Shown in pieces: positions 12,376 through 23,183 of a DNA stretch of 64,000 nucleotides. Under the pieces are notes generated by a model, which was given only the letters and a program-made list of their open reading frames with translations, was not told the origin of the DNA and did not search any database. Source of the DNA: Tubulanus polymorphus (taxonomy: Eukaryota; Animalia; Nemertea); NCBI RefSeq assembly GCF_964204645.1, contig NC_134031.1, positions 11,038,088 through 11,102,087 on the forward strand, written 5' to 3'. Numbering within the stretch: the stretch's first letter is position 1; the number at the start of each line of letters is the position of its first letter. The position numbers and the translations under genes were made by a program.

Positions 12376-12780
12376 AGTAATAGGGGTTTAGTTGTTTCAT
12401 ACCAAAGGTCGAAAGGTCGAGCCCGAGAAATTTTCCAAAATGTTAAAATAACAACAATTTCTACTTGAATTAGTCGCGTACACTCCTAATTCAAGTAGAA
12501 ATTATTATTATTTTAACATTTGGAAAATTTATCAACCTCAACCTTTCGACCTTTGATATGAAACAACTAAACCCCTATTACTCTTAAAATATTCATATAT
12601 ATATATGAATAACATTTAAATCATTGAACTTCTAAAATCAATTTTAATAAAAAATATAGTATTAAAATGGAAGCAAATAAGTACTACTGCCCAACATGTA
12701 ATATCGATATAGATAAATCCCAAAAAGCAAGACATAATAAAACTAGAACACATTTAGAGAATAAATTGAAATTAGAATAT
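12376..12780 (+). repeat. left terminal inverted repeat (contains 207-bp palindrome and first 38 codons of PolB)
   Basis: Reverse complement of 30227-30628 with only a handful of differences. Confidence 0.95.
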
Positions 12781-15700
12781 GGAGATGATATATTAGAAAA
12801 TAAATTAGAAGAATTAAAGGATGAAAAAGAAACATACAAATGTGATACATGTAATCAATCATTCAGTGATAAAAGATATTATAAAGAACATTTAAAATCT
12901 ATAAGTCATATTAGAAATAAGAATAATGATATTTTAGGTGAAGATTATTTTGATAATGATAACGATAAGAAACAGAAGACAATTAAAAGAATAAAAAATA
13001 AATTAAACAATAAAAGACCATACATGGAAGATGTAAGAAATTATATTAATTCATTAGATAATAAAAAAGATATAGAGATAACCGAAGCATTTAAAAGTGA
13101 TATTGGTCCAGCAGCTATCGAGTTTAAATTTCATAAAGGTAAAACATTAGAAGAAAATAAAAAACATTTAGAAAATATGAAAGAAATAATAAAAATAATT
13201 ACAGATGTTGAATATCCTAAAATTAGTATATCAGTTAAAGTAAAGTTTATAAAATCTGAAGATAAACCAATATATAATATAAATTCTCATTCACAACATA
13301 TTATATCTAAACAACATATAGATGATAAATTAGATAAATGTTATAATGAAGTAAAAACTAAAATAGAAGAGAAATATTTTGAAGGATCTGGTTTAATATT
13401 TGATGAGATAATATTTATAACTTTACATGTTTATAACACAAAATATAATAAGTTAACTAAATCAAAACCAATTGATGAAAATAATTTATCATATTATAAA
13501 GATGATAGTATAAATGGAACAAGTTATATTAAACTACCATTTAAAACTAATGGTGTAATAAATATACAAAATTTTGATAATAAATGTTTTCTATGGGCTA
13601 TAATAAGTTGTTTACATCCAACAGAAGATATTACACATAGTTTTAGATTAACTCATTATAAACCATTTGAAAATAATTATAAGATAGATAAGTATCCTGT
13701 TAGAATTAAAAACATCCCAAAAATAGAAAGAGATAATAATATAAAGATAAATGTGTTTGATTTAATTAAATTACCAAATACAAAAGGAAATAATATTAAA
13801 CATTATACATTAGAACCTTTATACCTATCAAAAGATTATGATTCAAATGATGTTATAGATATACTATATTATGAGAATCATTACATGTGGATTAAACAAA
13901 TCGATTTATTTTTTAAATCAGAAAATGATTTTGATAATAAAATATATCTATGTAGAAAATGTTTACATAAATTCAGAACTGAAGGTGCATTATTAAATCA
14001 TAAACAACTATGTAATAATCATGATTATTGTAAATTAGTTTTACCAAATGAAAAGGATAAAATATTAGAATTCAAAAAATATGATTACAAAAATAAAGTA
14101 CCATTTGTAATATATGGAGATTTTGAATCATTAAATAAAGAATTAACAGATTAAGATAGAAAAGATATATATTATAAAAGAAAGAAATTAAATTCTAATG
14201 AAAGTGATTATTCAGATGAACCACCAATAACAAATACTATTAAAAAGATTCATCAATCAGCTGCAGCTTTCGGGTTATATATTAAATCTGATTATCCAGA
14301 ACTAATTGAAAGTGAATATTATAATTATAGAAATGAAAATGTTATCAATCATTTTTGTGACTTATTAATTGAATATGAAATAAGATTTAGTAAATTATTG
14401 AATACAAATAAAGAAATAATTATGACAGAAGAAGATAAAGAAGAATTTGCGTTTGCAGATAAATGTTATTATTGTGAAAAGATATTTAATTATAAAGATA
14501 AAAAAGTAAGAGACCATGATCATTTGAATGGAAAGTTTAGAGGCGCGGCACATGAGAATTGTAACTTACAAGCTAAGAAAATTAACTTTGTACCAGTTAT
14601 ATTTCATAATCTATCAGGATATGATGCACATTTATTTATCAAACAGTTATGTCATAAAATAGAAGAAATCAATAATGAAATAGAAATATTAAATTCAAAT
14701 AGATCAAAAGATAAAATACCAACTTATAAATTTAGAATGTTAGCTAAAACATCTGAGAATTATATATCTTTCCAATTTGGTTGTCTAAGATTTATAGATT
14801 CATATAGATTTTTAAGTAGTTCATTAGACAATCTATCAAAATCATTGGTTGATGATGAATTAAAGATATTAAAAGAATATTACCCAAATAATGATGATTT
14901 TCAATTAATGAGATATAAAGGAGCAATTCCATATTCTTTCTATAAAAATCATAATGATTTTAAAATAACTGAATTATTAAAAGAACAATTTTATGATGAA
15001 TTAAAAAATGAATATGTTAAAGATGAAGTATATAATAGAACATTGAATATTTGGAATCATTTCAAAATAGAAAATCATGGGCAATTAGTAGATTTATATT
15101 TAAAATCAGATGTATTATTATTAACTGATATATTCGAAAGGTTTAGAGATGTAAACCTAAAATATTTTAACATTGATCCTTGTCATTGTTATTCATCACC
15201 AGGTTTAACATGGGATTGTGGATTAAAATTTACAGATATAAAAATGGATTTGTTAACAAATATAGATCAATTACTATTATTTGAAAAATCTATAAGAGGA
15301 GGTGTTTCAGGTGTATTGGGTGATAGATATTTCAATGTAAATGATAATCCTGAATATAAATTATTATACATAGATGCAAATAATCTTTATGGTTGGGCAA
15401 TGATGGAACCACAACCTTATGGGATGTTTGAAATAACTGAAGTTTTACAAATTGATAAATTTGATTGGAAGAAAAGAATCCTAGATATTGCAGATGATTC
15501 AGATACTGGTTACTTCTTTGTTGTAGATTTAGAATACCCTGAAAATATTAAATTCAAATCTAGAAATCTAGCATATTGTCCCGAACATAAAACTGTTAAA
15601 CATGAAGAATTATCAAATTATCAAAAAAGAATTAAACCTGATAATCATATTCATACTGAAAAGTTAATGGTAACTCAAGAAGATAAATATAATTACGTTG

Positions 15701-16698
15701 TGCATTATAGAATGTTGAAGTTTTATTTGAATCAAGGAATGATATTAAAAAAAGTACATAGATATATTTCATTCAGTCAATCTAAATGGTTAGAAAAATA
15801 TATAGATTTTAATACTACACAGAGAACTAAATCTAAAACTGATTTTGAAAAAGATTTCTTCAAACTAATGAATAATGCATTCTATGGTAAGACTTGTGAA
15901 AACATAAGAAATAGAAATGATATCGAGTTAGTCAGTAATGGTAAAAGAATTAGGCATTTACAATCATATCCTAAGTTTATAGGTAACAGAATATTTGATG
16001 AAAATTTAGCAGCAGTTAAAATGAAAAGAACTTCAATGAAGTTCAATAAACCTATTTATGTTGGTGCTGCAGTTCTAGAAATTTCAAAATTCCTAATGTA
16101 TAAATTTTATTATAATATACTACAACCTCATTTTGGAGAAAAACACATAGAAATTCTATACTTTGATACCGACAGTTACATATTAAAGATTAAAACTGAT
16201 AACATAACAGATGATTTAAAAACATTAAAACACCATTTTGATTTTAGTAATTATCCTAAAAATCATGAATTGTTTAGCAATGATAATAAAAAAGTTCCCG
16301 GTAAATTCAAAGATGAATTAGGTGGTGAAGAAATGATAGAGTTCATTGGTATTAGATCTAAAATGTATTCATATAAAACTAAAGAACATGAAGCTAAAAA
16401 GTTAAAAGGAATTACCAAAAGCGTTGTTGAAAAGAATATTCATTTTAAAGATTACATCAATTGTATATTCAAAGAAGAAGTTAGAAAACATAAGATGAAA
16501 TGTTTGAGATCTGAAGATCATGAAATGTATATTGAAGAGATAGAGAAGATAAGTCTAAACCCATTTGATGATAAAAGATATATTTTAGATGATGGAATCC
16601 ACACAGTCGCCTATGGTTGCAATTTAGATGAATATATAAAATTCAAAAGAGAAGAAACAAAAGAAAATGAGATTATGAAAAGGATTCTAGCGTGTTAA
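12667..16698 (+). pseudogene. polB: protein-primed family B DNA polymerase (~1340 codons), single in-frame nonsense at 14152-14154
   Basis: N-terminal C2H2 fingers; ExoI YGDFES, ExoII FHNLSGYD, ExoIII YLKSD; YIDANNLYG, KLMNNAFYGK, YFDTDS; both ORF pieces in the same frame; element B has CAA where A has TAA. Confidence 0.95.
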
Positions 16699-16726
16699 TC
16701 AATTTCAATAAAAATTTGTATAATAA

Positions 16727-17068
16727 ATGGAGAGTAAACAAGTACACAGTGAATTCTTAGATAGAATTAAAGATACCACAAATGTAAAATCTGTAGATTA
16801 TAAATTCAAAAAGTTAACAGAATTAACAATTCACAAGAAATATTTAATTACTAACATTGAAACAATTACTAATAAATATGGAGATAAATTAGTAATTCAT
16901 TTAGAATATGAAGGATTAAAAGGAAATACATATAAATTCAGAACATATTTACCAGATAGATTTCATAGATTATCAAGTGAAGATCTAGAAGAATTATGTT
17001 CTGGAGATTTCTATTTCGTATACAAAGGTAAGAATGAAAAAGGGCACCATGAAATAGATTTCGAATAA
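16727..17068 (+). CDS. conserved small Polinton protein (possible OB-fold ssDNA-binding protein)
   Basis: Homologs at 36942-37288, 63145-63497, 53154-53480, 40-312; the function is inference only. Confidence 0.7.
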   Translation: MESKQVHSEFLDRIKDTTNVKSVDYKFKKLTELTIHKKYLITNIETITNKYGDKLVIHLEYEGLKGNTYKFRTYLPDRFHRLSSEDLEELCSGDFYFVYKGKNEKGHHEIDFE

Positions 17069-17085
17069 GAAAATATATAAAATAA

Positions 17086-17841
17086 ATGGTAGAATTAAAA
17101 GAATATAGAATATATGTTGATTCTAGAAAACTTACAAATTATAAATCTCATAATTTACTAGTACAATTAGACAGAGAATTCAAGAATTGTGTAGATTTAA
17201 AATTAGTTAATATAAGTTTATGTAATTCTTTTTACAATATATCAGATAAAACTTTTGAACATAGAGGGTTTATGATTTATATGAGAAATAAAGATAAATG
17301 GTTTCATATATTTTTAAAACCAGGATTATATAATTTAGAATCATTAGCGCAGGAAATTAATAGAAGAGCTCGGTTGAAAATCGGGGGCACTTCAGTATTT
17401 GAAATTAAATTTAATAAAATTGATAGTACTAATAAAATAAGAATAAAGATATCTAATGAACAACATAAATTTATGGTAAACAAACCACTGGCTAAAATGT
17501 TAGGAATTAAACCGCTTACAGTTACTGGAAACGCAGAAGGCAGCTCAAATATAATACCTTTTACACATTTTTATATTTATTGCAATTTAATCGAGCCTAC
17601 AAAAACTTTCGAAGCAACTAAAGAAACAATTTGTAGTTCTAGTATATTAAATATTTTACCATTAAAAAATGTTAAACAATTTGGAACTCAAATAAATTAT
17701 AATTTAACAGAATGTGATTTTAAACCATGCATTCCTAAATTTAATAATTTTAAATTAGAAATTAGAAATCATAATGGATACTTAATTGATTTAAATAATT
17801 TCCCTGTAATTTATGAATTAGTTATAAGATGTAAAGAGTAA
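17086..17841 (+). CDS. minor capsid protein (penton, PX-like)
   Basis: IYVDS...NSFYNIS...PGLYN...YIYCNLIE...ILNILP...LEIRNHNG..IDLN pattern typical of Polinton single jelly-roll pentons. Confidence 0.8.
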   Translation: MVELKEYRIYVDSRKLTNYKSHNLLVQLDREFKNCVDLKLVNISLCNSFYNISDKTFEHRGFMIYMRNKDKWFHIFLKPGLYNLESLAQEINRRARLKIGGTSVFEIKFNKIDSTNKIRIKISNEQHKFMVNKPLAKMLGIKPLTVTGNAEGSSNIIPFTHFYIYCNLIEPTKTFEATKETICSSSILNILPLKNVKQFGTQINYNLTECDFKPCIPKFNNFKLEIRNHNGYLIDLNNFPVIYELVIRCKE

Positions 17842-17857
17842 TTTTTTCACTATATAA

Positions 17858-18214
17858 ATGAATATAACTGTTGGACCAAGTATATGTTTTGGATTTGATT
17901 TTAAACGTGAGAAAGAAATGAAATTTAACATTAATGATGTAATAACACATATCAAAAATATTGTATTTTCTAATGAAACAACATTTGAGTATGAAACAAC
18001 AATAGATAAAGAAACTTTAAATGTAGAAAAGATTACTAATTTAATTAGAGAATCTTTAAGATTTTATGAATTAGATGAAGATTTTATCATCGATGATATT
18101 AAAAAAATACTAATTGAAATATATACAAATGAAACTAGTAATGAAATAAATGTTGAAATAATCATCACTAAGTTAACTAAATATTTTGATGATAGTAATT
18201 TTTTTGATAAATAA
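17858..18214 (+). CDS. hypothetical protein
   Basis: TAAATG start; homolog at 35826-36151. Confidence 0.7.
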   Translation: MNITVGPSICFGFDFKREKEMKFNINDVITHIKNIVFSNETTFEYETTIDKETLNVEKITNLIRESLRFYELDEDFIIDDIKKILIEIYTNETSNEINVEIIITKLTKYFDDSNFFDK

Positions 18215-18436
18215 ATGAGTGATAATAAGTGGATAATAACTGGATTATATAATGGCGCATTACTATCAGTTGGAACTGTTGGTTATTCAATGGTATTAAA
18301 AAAAGTATTTAAAATGGGAAGTGTTAATGTTGATAGATTTGATATAAATGATATTTTAAAGTTAACATTAGCAGTTACTTTATCTAATTTAACTATTGAT
18401 TATTTGGAAAAACAAAAATATATTCCTCCCATATAA
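18215..18436 (+). CDS. small hydrophobic protein (putative membrane)
   Basis: Two hydrophobic helices; near-identical copy at 35604-35825. Confidence 0.75.
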   Translation: MSDNKWIITGLYNGALLSVGTVGYSMVLKKVFKMGSVNVDRFDINDILKLTLAVTLSNLTIDYLEKQKYIPPI

Positions 18437-18459
18437 ATACATAATTTTTTGCTAAATAA

Positions 18460-18882
18460 ATGGCTTCTGCAATTATAACTATTATAGGATCAGCAATTGT
18501 TAACGCTTTAGCATTTACTGGTGGTGGTTATTTATTTAAACATATTGATAAAAATAGTTCATTAGGAGAACAAAGAAGACATAACTTAGCGTTAGAGAAA
18601 TACAATAAAGCTGCAGAAGAATATAGAGAAAAGAGGCAAAACTATATGGATTACATCAATAAAGAATTATATGATCAGAAGATTTCACATAGAGATTTTC
18701 AATCAGTTGATGATGCAATGAGTTTATATAACGCAGTAACAAATAAAGAAAAATTACATCTATACAAACCTAAATTATCAGATTATTATACCCCAAGTAA
18801 AGAACAACAGAAATATGAAATAATATGGATTTTAGGTGGAACAGTTATTGTTATATTTGTTGCTTATAAGTTTACTAATTAG
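18460..18882 (+). CDS. protein with N- and C-terminal hydrophobic segments and central coiled coil
   Basis: MASAIITIIGSAIVNALAF...; WILGGTVIVIFVAY; homolog at 35179-35579. Confidence 0.75.
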   Translation: MASAIITIIGSAIVNALAFTGGGYLFKHIDKNSSLGEQRRHNLALEKYNKAAEEYREKRQNYMDYINKELYDQKISHRDFQSVDDAMSLYNAVTNKEKLHLYKPKLSDYYTPSKEQQKYEIIWILGGTVIVIFVAYKFTN

Positions 18883-18901
18883 TAATTTTTATTCTAAATA
18901 A

Positions 18902-20161
18902 ATGGAAGATAAAGTTGATAGTATTGATATTATTCCTCATGATATAAATAAAACTAAATTAAAAACATATTTAGAAAAACAAATATTAGAATTTGAAAGT
19001 GACTTAAAGATAAAAATGGAAAATATATTTGATACATATGAAGTTACTTTTACTCGAGATGAATATCATATATATAAAGTAAAATCTAATATGAAATATT
19101 GGCAGAATCAATTAAATTTTGCTGTTTATTGTGCAACAACAGGATGTGGAATTAGTTGGAATGATCATTTAAATAACTTAGATAAAAATTTGAAGTATTC
19201 TGATTTAAAATTAATTCACACAATATTTAGATTTCACTCATATTTTCAAATCAGAATAATATTAAATGAATTAGAATGTCCTTTACCCGGGTCTAAATAT
19301 TTTAAAGAATTAGATAATAATATTAATATATCCAAGTTTTATAAAATATGTAATGAATTTAATATAAATATTAATTCCGATTTCAGAGCGCATGGTAAAT
19401 TGCAAGGTGTTGGTGAAGAGTATGAAATAAAAAGAATTGATTATATGCATAGAATTTCAGCTTATCATAATCATAAAATTGATAATGATAATGGTTGGGT
19501 TAATTTCATTTTAGAAAATGGTGAAGGTTTTACAAAATCAGGTATACAAAGAATAAATCAATCTATTAGAATTTATTTGATATGTATTTTAGGCGCTCAA
19601 GTTGAAACAAGATCCCAAATAATTGGAAATGATAACACTTCATTCGATGCGCAGAAACAGTTTAAAGTATTATTTGAAGATTCCATACATAATGATAAAA
19701 ATAGATCGATTCCAGAAAACATTATAAGATATCAAAATTATTTAGATAAATCTCATGTAAGACTTAATTATTGTATAGGCCCTAATCTATTAATTATTTC
19801 TAATGATTTAGTATTGAAGATGGGAAATATAATTGGTTATAATAATCTAATTAAAACTGCAACAATAAATAATTCATTTGGATTAAATGATATAAATAAA
19901 AAGATTATTACTGCTCCAAAATTAATGGAAGGTGAAAAAAATAAAAAACATATTCAATCAACTGAAACTAAAACTAAGAATATTAAATTGGTTAATGATT
20001 CTAAAATAAAAGATTACAATACATCAGAAAATATTAGAACTGATAAAATTCAACATGATATAATTAAACTAAATGATGATAATAAATCCCATGAAAATAC
20101 TAAATTAGCTATAACTTGTATAGGAATTGTAATCAGAGGAATATTATATTTTAAATTTTAA
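18902..20161 (+). CDS. conserved Polinton protein (WQNQLNFAVYCATTGCG) with C-terminal TM; in-frame fusion of two genes of element B
   Basis: First 38 aa match 34724-35158, the remainder matches 33344-34707. Confidence 0.75.
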   Translation: MEDKVDSIDIIPHDINKTKLKTYLEKQILEFESDLKIKMENIFDTYEVTFTRDEYHIYKVKSNMKYWQNQLNFAVYCATTGCGISWNDHLNNLDKNLKYSDLKLIHTIFRFHSYFQIRIILNELECPLPGSKYFKELDNNINISKFYKICNEFNININSDFRAHGKLQGVGEEYEIKRIDYMHRISAYHNHKIDNDNGWVNFILENGEGFTKSGIQRINQSIRIYLICILGAQVETRSQIIGNDNTSFDAQKQFKVLFEDSIHNDKNRSIPENIIRYQNYLDKSHVRLNYCIGPNLLIISNDLVLKMGNIIGYNNLIKTATINNSFGLNDINKKIITAPKLMEGEKNKKHIQSTETKTKNIKLVNDSKIKDYNTSENIRTDKIQHDIIKLNDDNKSHENTKLAITCIGIVIRGILYFKF

Positions 20162-20177
20162 TTTTTTTATTATGTAA

Positions 20178-21878
20178 ATGGATGTAGAAGGTGGAGAAGA
20201 TTATGAAATGGAAGAAATGGGAAATAATAATGAAGGATATATTGATGATGATTATAATGATGCAGGTGCTAATATTGATAATGATGATGAATCAGCATAT
20301 AATAATAATTTAGGTGAAGATGATGATTATGATGATGATTATGATGGTATTAATTCCGAATTACGTGAAAAATTAAATAAATATTTAAAAGCTCCTGAAA
20401 GTGGTAGAATTTCAACTAGAACAGAAAGAAAAGAATTTATGAAACTATTAGTAAAACAACAAGAAAAATATCCTGATAAACCTATGGAATTATATAAAAT
20501 GAAATCTAGAGTAACAGATACAATTGTTAACGAATTACTACCAATAGCTGTAATAGATGAAATTGATACTGAAGGTGTTGTAGAACAAATTTTTAAAGAT
20601 GACCCATATTTCACGAATAATTTAGAATTTAAAAATGATTCATGGTATTATAATCTTGAATTAAATAGGAATACTGTATCAATTCAATTATCTAGAATGG
20701 GTCAAGAAAATATTTTTGAACCTGGAATGCGAGCATTATCTACAATTGAAGGTTCAAAAGGTGGTAGAGAATTTCTCAGAATTATATGGAATGCAATCGA
20801 TAGAATAAATGAAAAAGAACCAATTCCTAATATTGATATAAACAAATATTCACCATTTAAAAATCCAAATCCAAATCCTACTGATTTTGATCCAGAAATG
20901 GAAGAGAATAGAAATCGATTAGATAGATTAAGATCTTCAACACCCGAAACATCGAGAAGAGACACTCAACAAATTGATAATGATTCAAGTAAATTACAAT
21001 TAGAAAAACAAATTGATAGATTAAGAGATTCAGAAGAAGAAATGAATAGTACTGGAATAAATCGACTGCAATATTTACTAGAAAAAGGATTATTTGATTT
21101 AACTGATGATGAATTAGAAGCATTTCCTGAACAAACACGTAGAGAAATTAAAGGTACGCAAGAATCAGCTGATAAAATTGCGCATGATAAAAGTATAAGA
21201 GATTTTAAAATTAGAACTTTAGAAAAAGAATTAACTGATAAAAATAAAGAAATAGAACAATTAAAATTAGATAGAGATAATAAAGTTATTGAAGAAATTG
21301 AATTTAAAAAAAGAAATGCATATTTAGAAAAAGAAATTGATGATTTAGAATATAACATAGAATTACAAAAAGAAGAAATTAAATTATTATTAAAATCATA
21401 TGATTATAATATTAATAGATTAAAAGTTATTTTTAAAGATTTGTTGATTAAACCAAATTCTGAAATATCATTAAAAGACAGAATAAAATTATTATTTAAG
21501 TTAGAAGGAATAACAATTCTTTCAATTCTAACATCTGTAACTATGTTATTTACAACAATTGGTTTAGCAATATCAAATGCTTTGAAATCTACTCCTACTC
21601 CTACTCCAAATAAACCAGATAAACCTCCAGGTAATAATTCTATACAAGATAAAGTTAAAGATGGTTTAAAGAAATTAGCAAAATATTTATGGGAACTATC
21701 AAAGAAATCTGCTGCAGCTTTACCAGGAGATATTGCTTCAATTGTTGGTTTTATATTGAAATCTGCAGGAAACATTATTAACTTTGCTGCTGAACATATT
21801 ATTTTATTTTTAATTACAGTTGTAAGTGCTATTATTTTTGGTTTAGTAAATATGATATCAAAAAATATCAAAAAATAA
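20178..21878 (+). CDS. acidic/coiled-coil protein with C-terminal multi-TM region
   Basis: D/E-rich N-terminus, heptad region, hydrophobic ITILSILTSVTMLFTTIGLAI and IILFLITVVSAIIFGLV. Confidence 0.8.
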   Translation: MDVEGGEDYEMEEMGNNNEGYIDDDYNDAGANIDNDDESAYNNNLGEDDDYDDDYDGINSELREKLNKYLKAPESGRISTRTERKEFMKLLVKQQEKYPDKPMELYKMKSRVTDTIVNELLPIAVIDEIDTEGVVEQIFKDDPYFTNNLEFKNDSWYYNLELNRNTVSIQLSRMGQENIFEPGMRALSTIEGSKGGREFLRIIWNAIDRINEKEPIPNIDINKYSPFKNPNPNPTDFDPEMEENRNRLDRLRSSTPETSRRDTQQIDNDSSKLQLEKQIDRLRDSEEEMNSTGINRLQYLLEKGLFDLTDDELEAFPEQTRREIKGTQESADKIAHDKSIRDFKIRTLEKELTDKNKEIEQLKLDRDNKVIEEIEFKKRNAYLEKEIDDLEYNIELQKEEIKLLLKSYDYNINRLKVIFKDLLIKPNSEISLKDRIKLLFKLEGITILSILTSVTMLFTTIGLAISNALKSTPTPTPNKPDKPPGNNSIQDKVKDGLKKLAKYLWELSKKSAAALPGDIASIVGFILKSAGNIINFAAEHIILFLITVVSAIIFGLVNMISKNIKK

Positions 21879-21903
21879 ATAATTAATTTTTTTTGTTAAA
21901 TAA

Positions 21904-23151
21904 ATGAGTGGGATTTATATAAGTCCTTCGAAGATTTCTAGAATATCTAATGCTATTAAAGCAGAAAGATCACATCATATAATTACTCATAACCCTTCAA
22001 ATATTAATCCCGATGAAACTTTATACGTTAGAATCCTTAGATTAACACAAAATACTTTTTACGTTCCAAATAGTATTTATTTATCAGCCGATATAAAAGT
22101 AATCGGTAATAATAATAATTATGTCGTTGATAATGTTGGAAGATATTTGATTAAAAAGTTAACCATAAAGATTGGTCCAGAAACAGTTTTCTCATTAGAT
22201 GATTATAATTTATTTATGCATTATAAAGATTTATGGTTAACTAAAGAAAATAGAAATAATATGATATTTCAAGGCATCCAATCAGAAAACCAAAATAAAT
22301 TAAGATCAGAAGCTAATAGTGCAATATTAACAAATGATGTAGATAAATTGATAAAAAGTATATATGGAAGCAAATATAAAATTCCATTAGACTTTGAATT
22401 GATAAATAATAATGCACCTTTATATAAATACGCAATTCAAGAAGATATTATATTTGAGATAACATTTGCTCCTGTAAATGAAATTGTATTATCTAGCGTT
22501 AATAAAGATATGAGTTATAAATTATCGAATATATGTTTAGAATATGATACAGTAACTGATGAAAATATTTCAAGTATAATTCAAACAAAATATAATCAAG
22601 GGTTTTCATTATTATATGATTATATTGATAAATTTAAAACTGTAACTATTAATGCAAATGATGAAATAATTAATGAGAATATTAACTTTCCTAGAAGATC
22701 TATTAAAGGTATATTAATATTTTTTACTATTGGAACGTATACTAATGGTGCAATAAATGTTGATAATTATTATAATCCTGAAATAACAAAAGTAGAAATA
22801 ACTATCGAAGGAATAGCGAATAAAATATTTTGTCAAGGAATGAGAATGATTGATCAATGGGTAGAAATTAAAAAACATTTTATGAATGAAAAAATAAAAT
22901 CATTTGAAAATTGTAACATTAATCAAATTGATTATTATACCGGTAATAAATATGCATTATGGTTAGATTTTAGAACAACTGAAGATAATTCATTACATGG
23001 TTCTGGAAAAAAACTACAAAATACAAAAGATGGGATCCAATTATTTATGAAAAAGAAAAAGGGAATCAAAAATTTTAAAATGCACATTTATATTATATCT
23101 GACGCGCAATTAAATATTGTAAATTCACAATTAGATAGTGTTATGTATTAA
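21904..23151 (+). CDS. major capsid protein (double jelly-roll, PY/hexon-like)
   Basis: 415 aa beta-rich protein, highly conserved between copies; HNPSNINPDETLYVRI, IPLDFE, LEYD and ALWLDFR motifs recognised from animal Polinton capsids. Confidence 0.8.
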   Translation: MSGIYISPSKISRISNAIKAERSHHIITHNPSNINPDETLYVRILRLTQNTFYVPNSIYLSADIKVIGNNNNYVVDNVGRYLIKKLTIKIGPETVFSLDDYNLFMHYKDLWLTKENRNNMIFQGIQSENQNKLRSEANSAILTNDVDKLIKSIYGSKYKIPLDFELINNNAPLYKYAIQEDIIFEITFAPVNEIVLSSVNKDMSYKLSNICLEYDTVTDENISSIIQTKYNQGFSLLYDYIDKFKTVTINANDEIINENINFPRRSIKGILIFFTIGTYTNGAINVDNYYNPEITKVEITIEGIANKIFCQGMRMIDQWVEIKKHFMNEKIKSFENCNINQIDYYTGNKYALWLDFRTTEDNSLHGSGKKLQNTKDGIQLFMKKKKGIKNFKMHIYIISDAQLNIVNSQLDSVMY

Positions 23152-23183
23152 AATTTTAACTTTAATAAAAAATCTTATATTAA

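Noticed and set aside
14152-14154. Programmed readthrough or alternative genetic code in PolB
   Set aside because: The homologous copy has CAA here and TAA ends most genes normally; a simple nonsense mutation or sequencing error
20339-21871. Antisense ORFs opposite 20178-21878 (also 32058, 33033, 56178, 57321, 58287)
   Set aside because: Shadow ORFs of real genes, S/L/F/I-rich from codon bias
17839-21900. Poxvirus early terminators TTTTTNT in intergenic gaps
   Set aside because: T-runs do follow several genes, but TTTTTNT also occurs inside coding strands (e.g. 14352 in PolB) and is common at this AT content; not supportable without statistics
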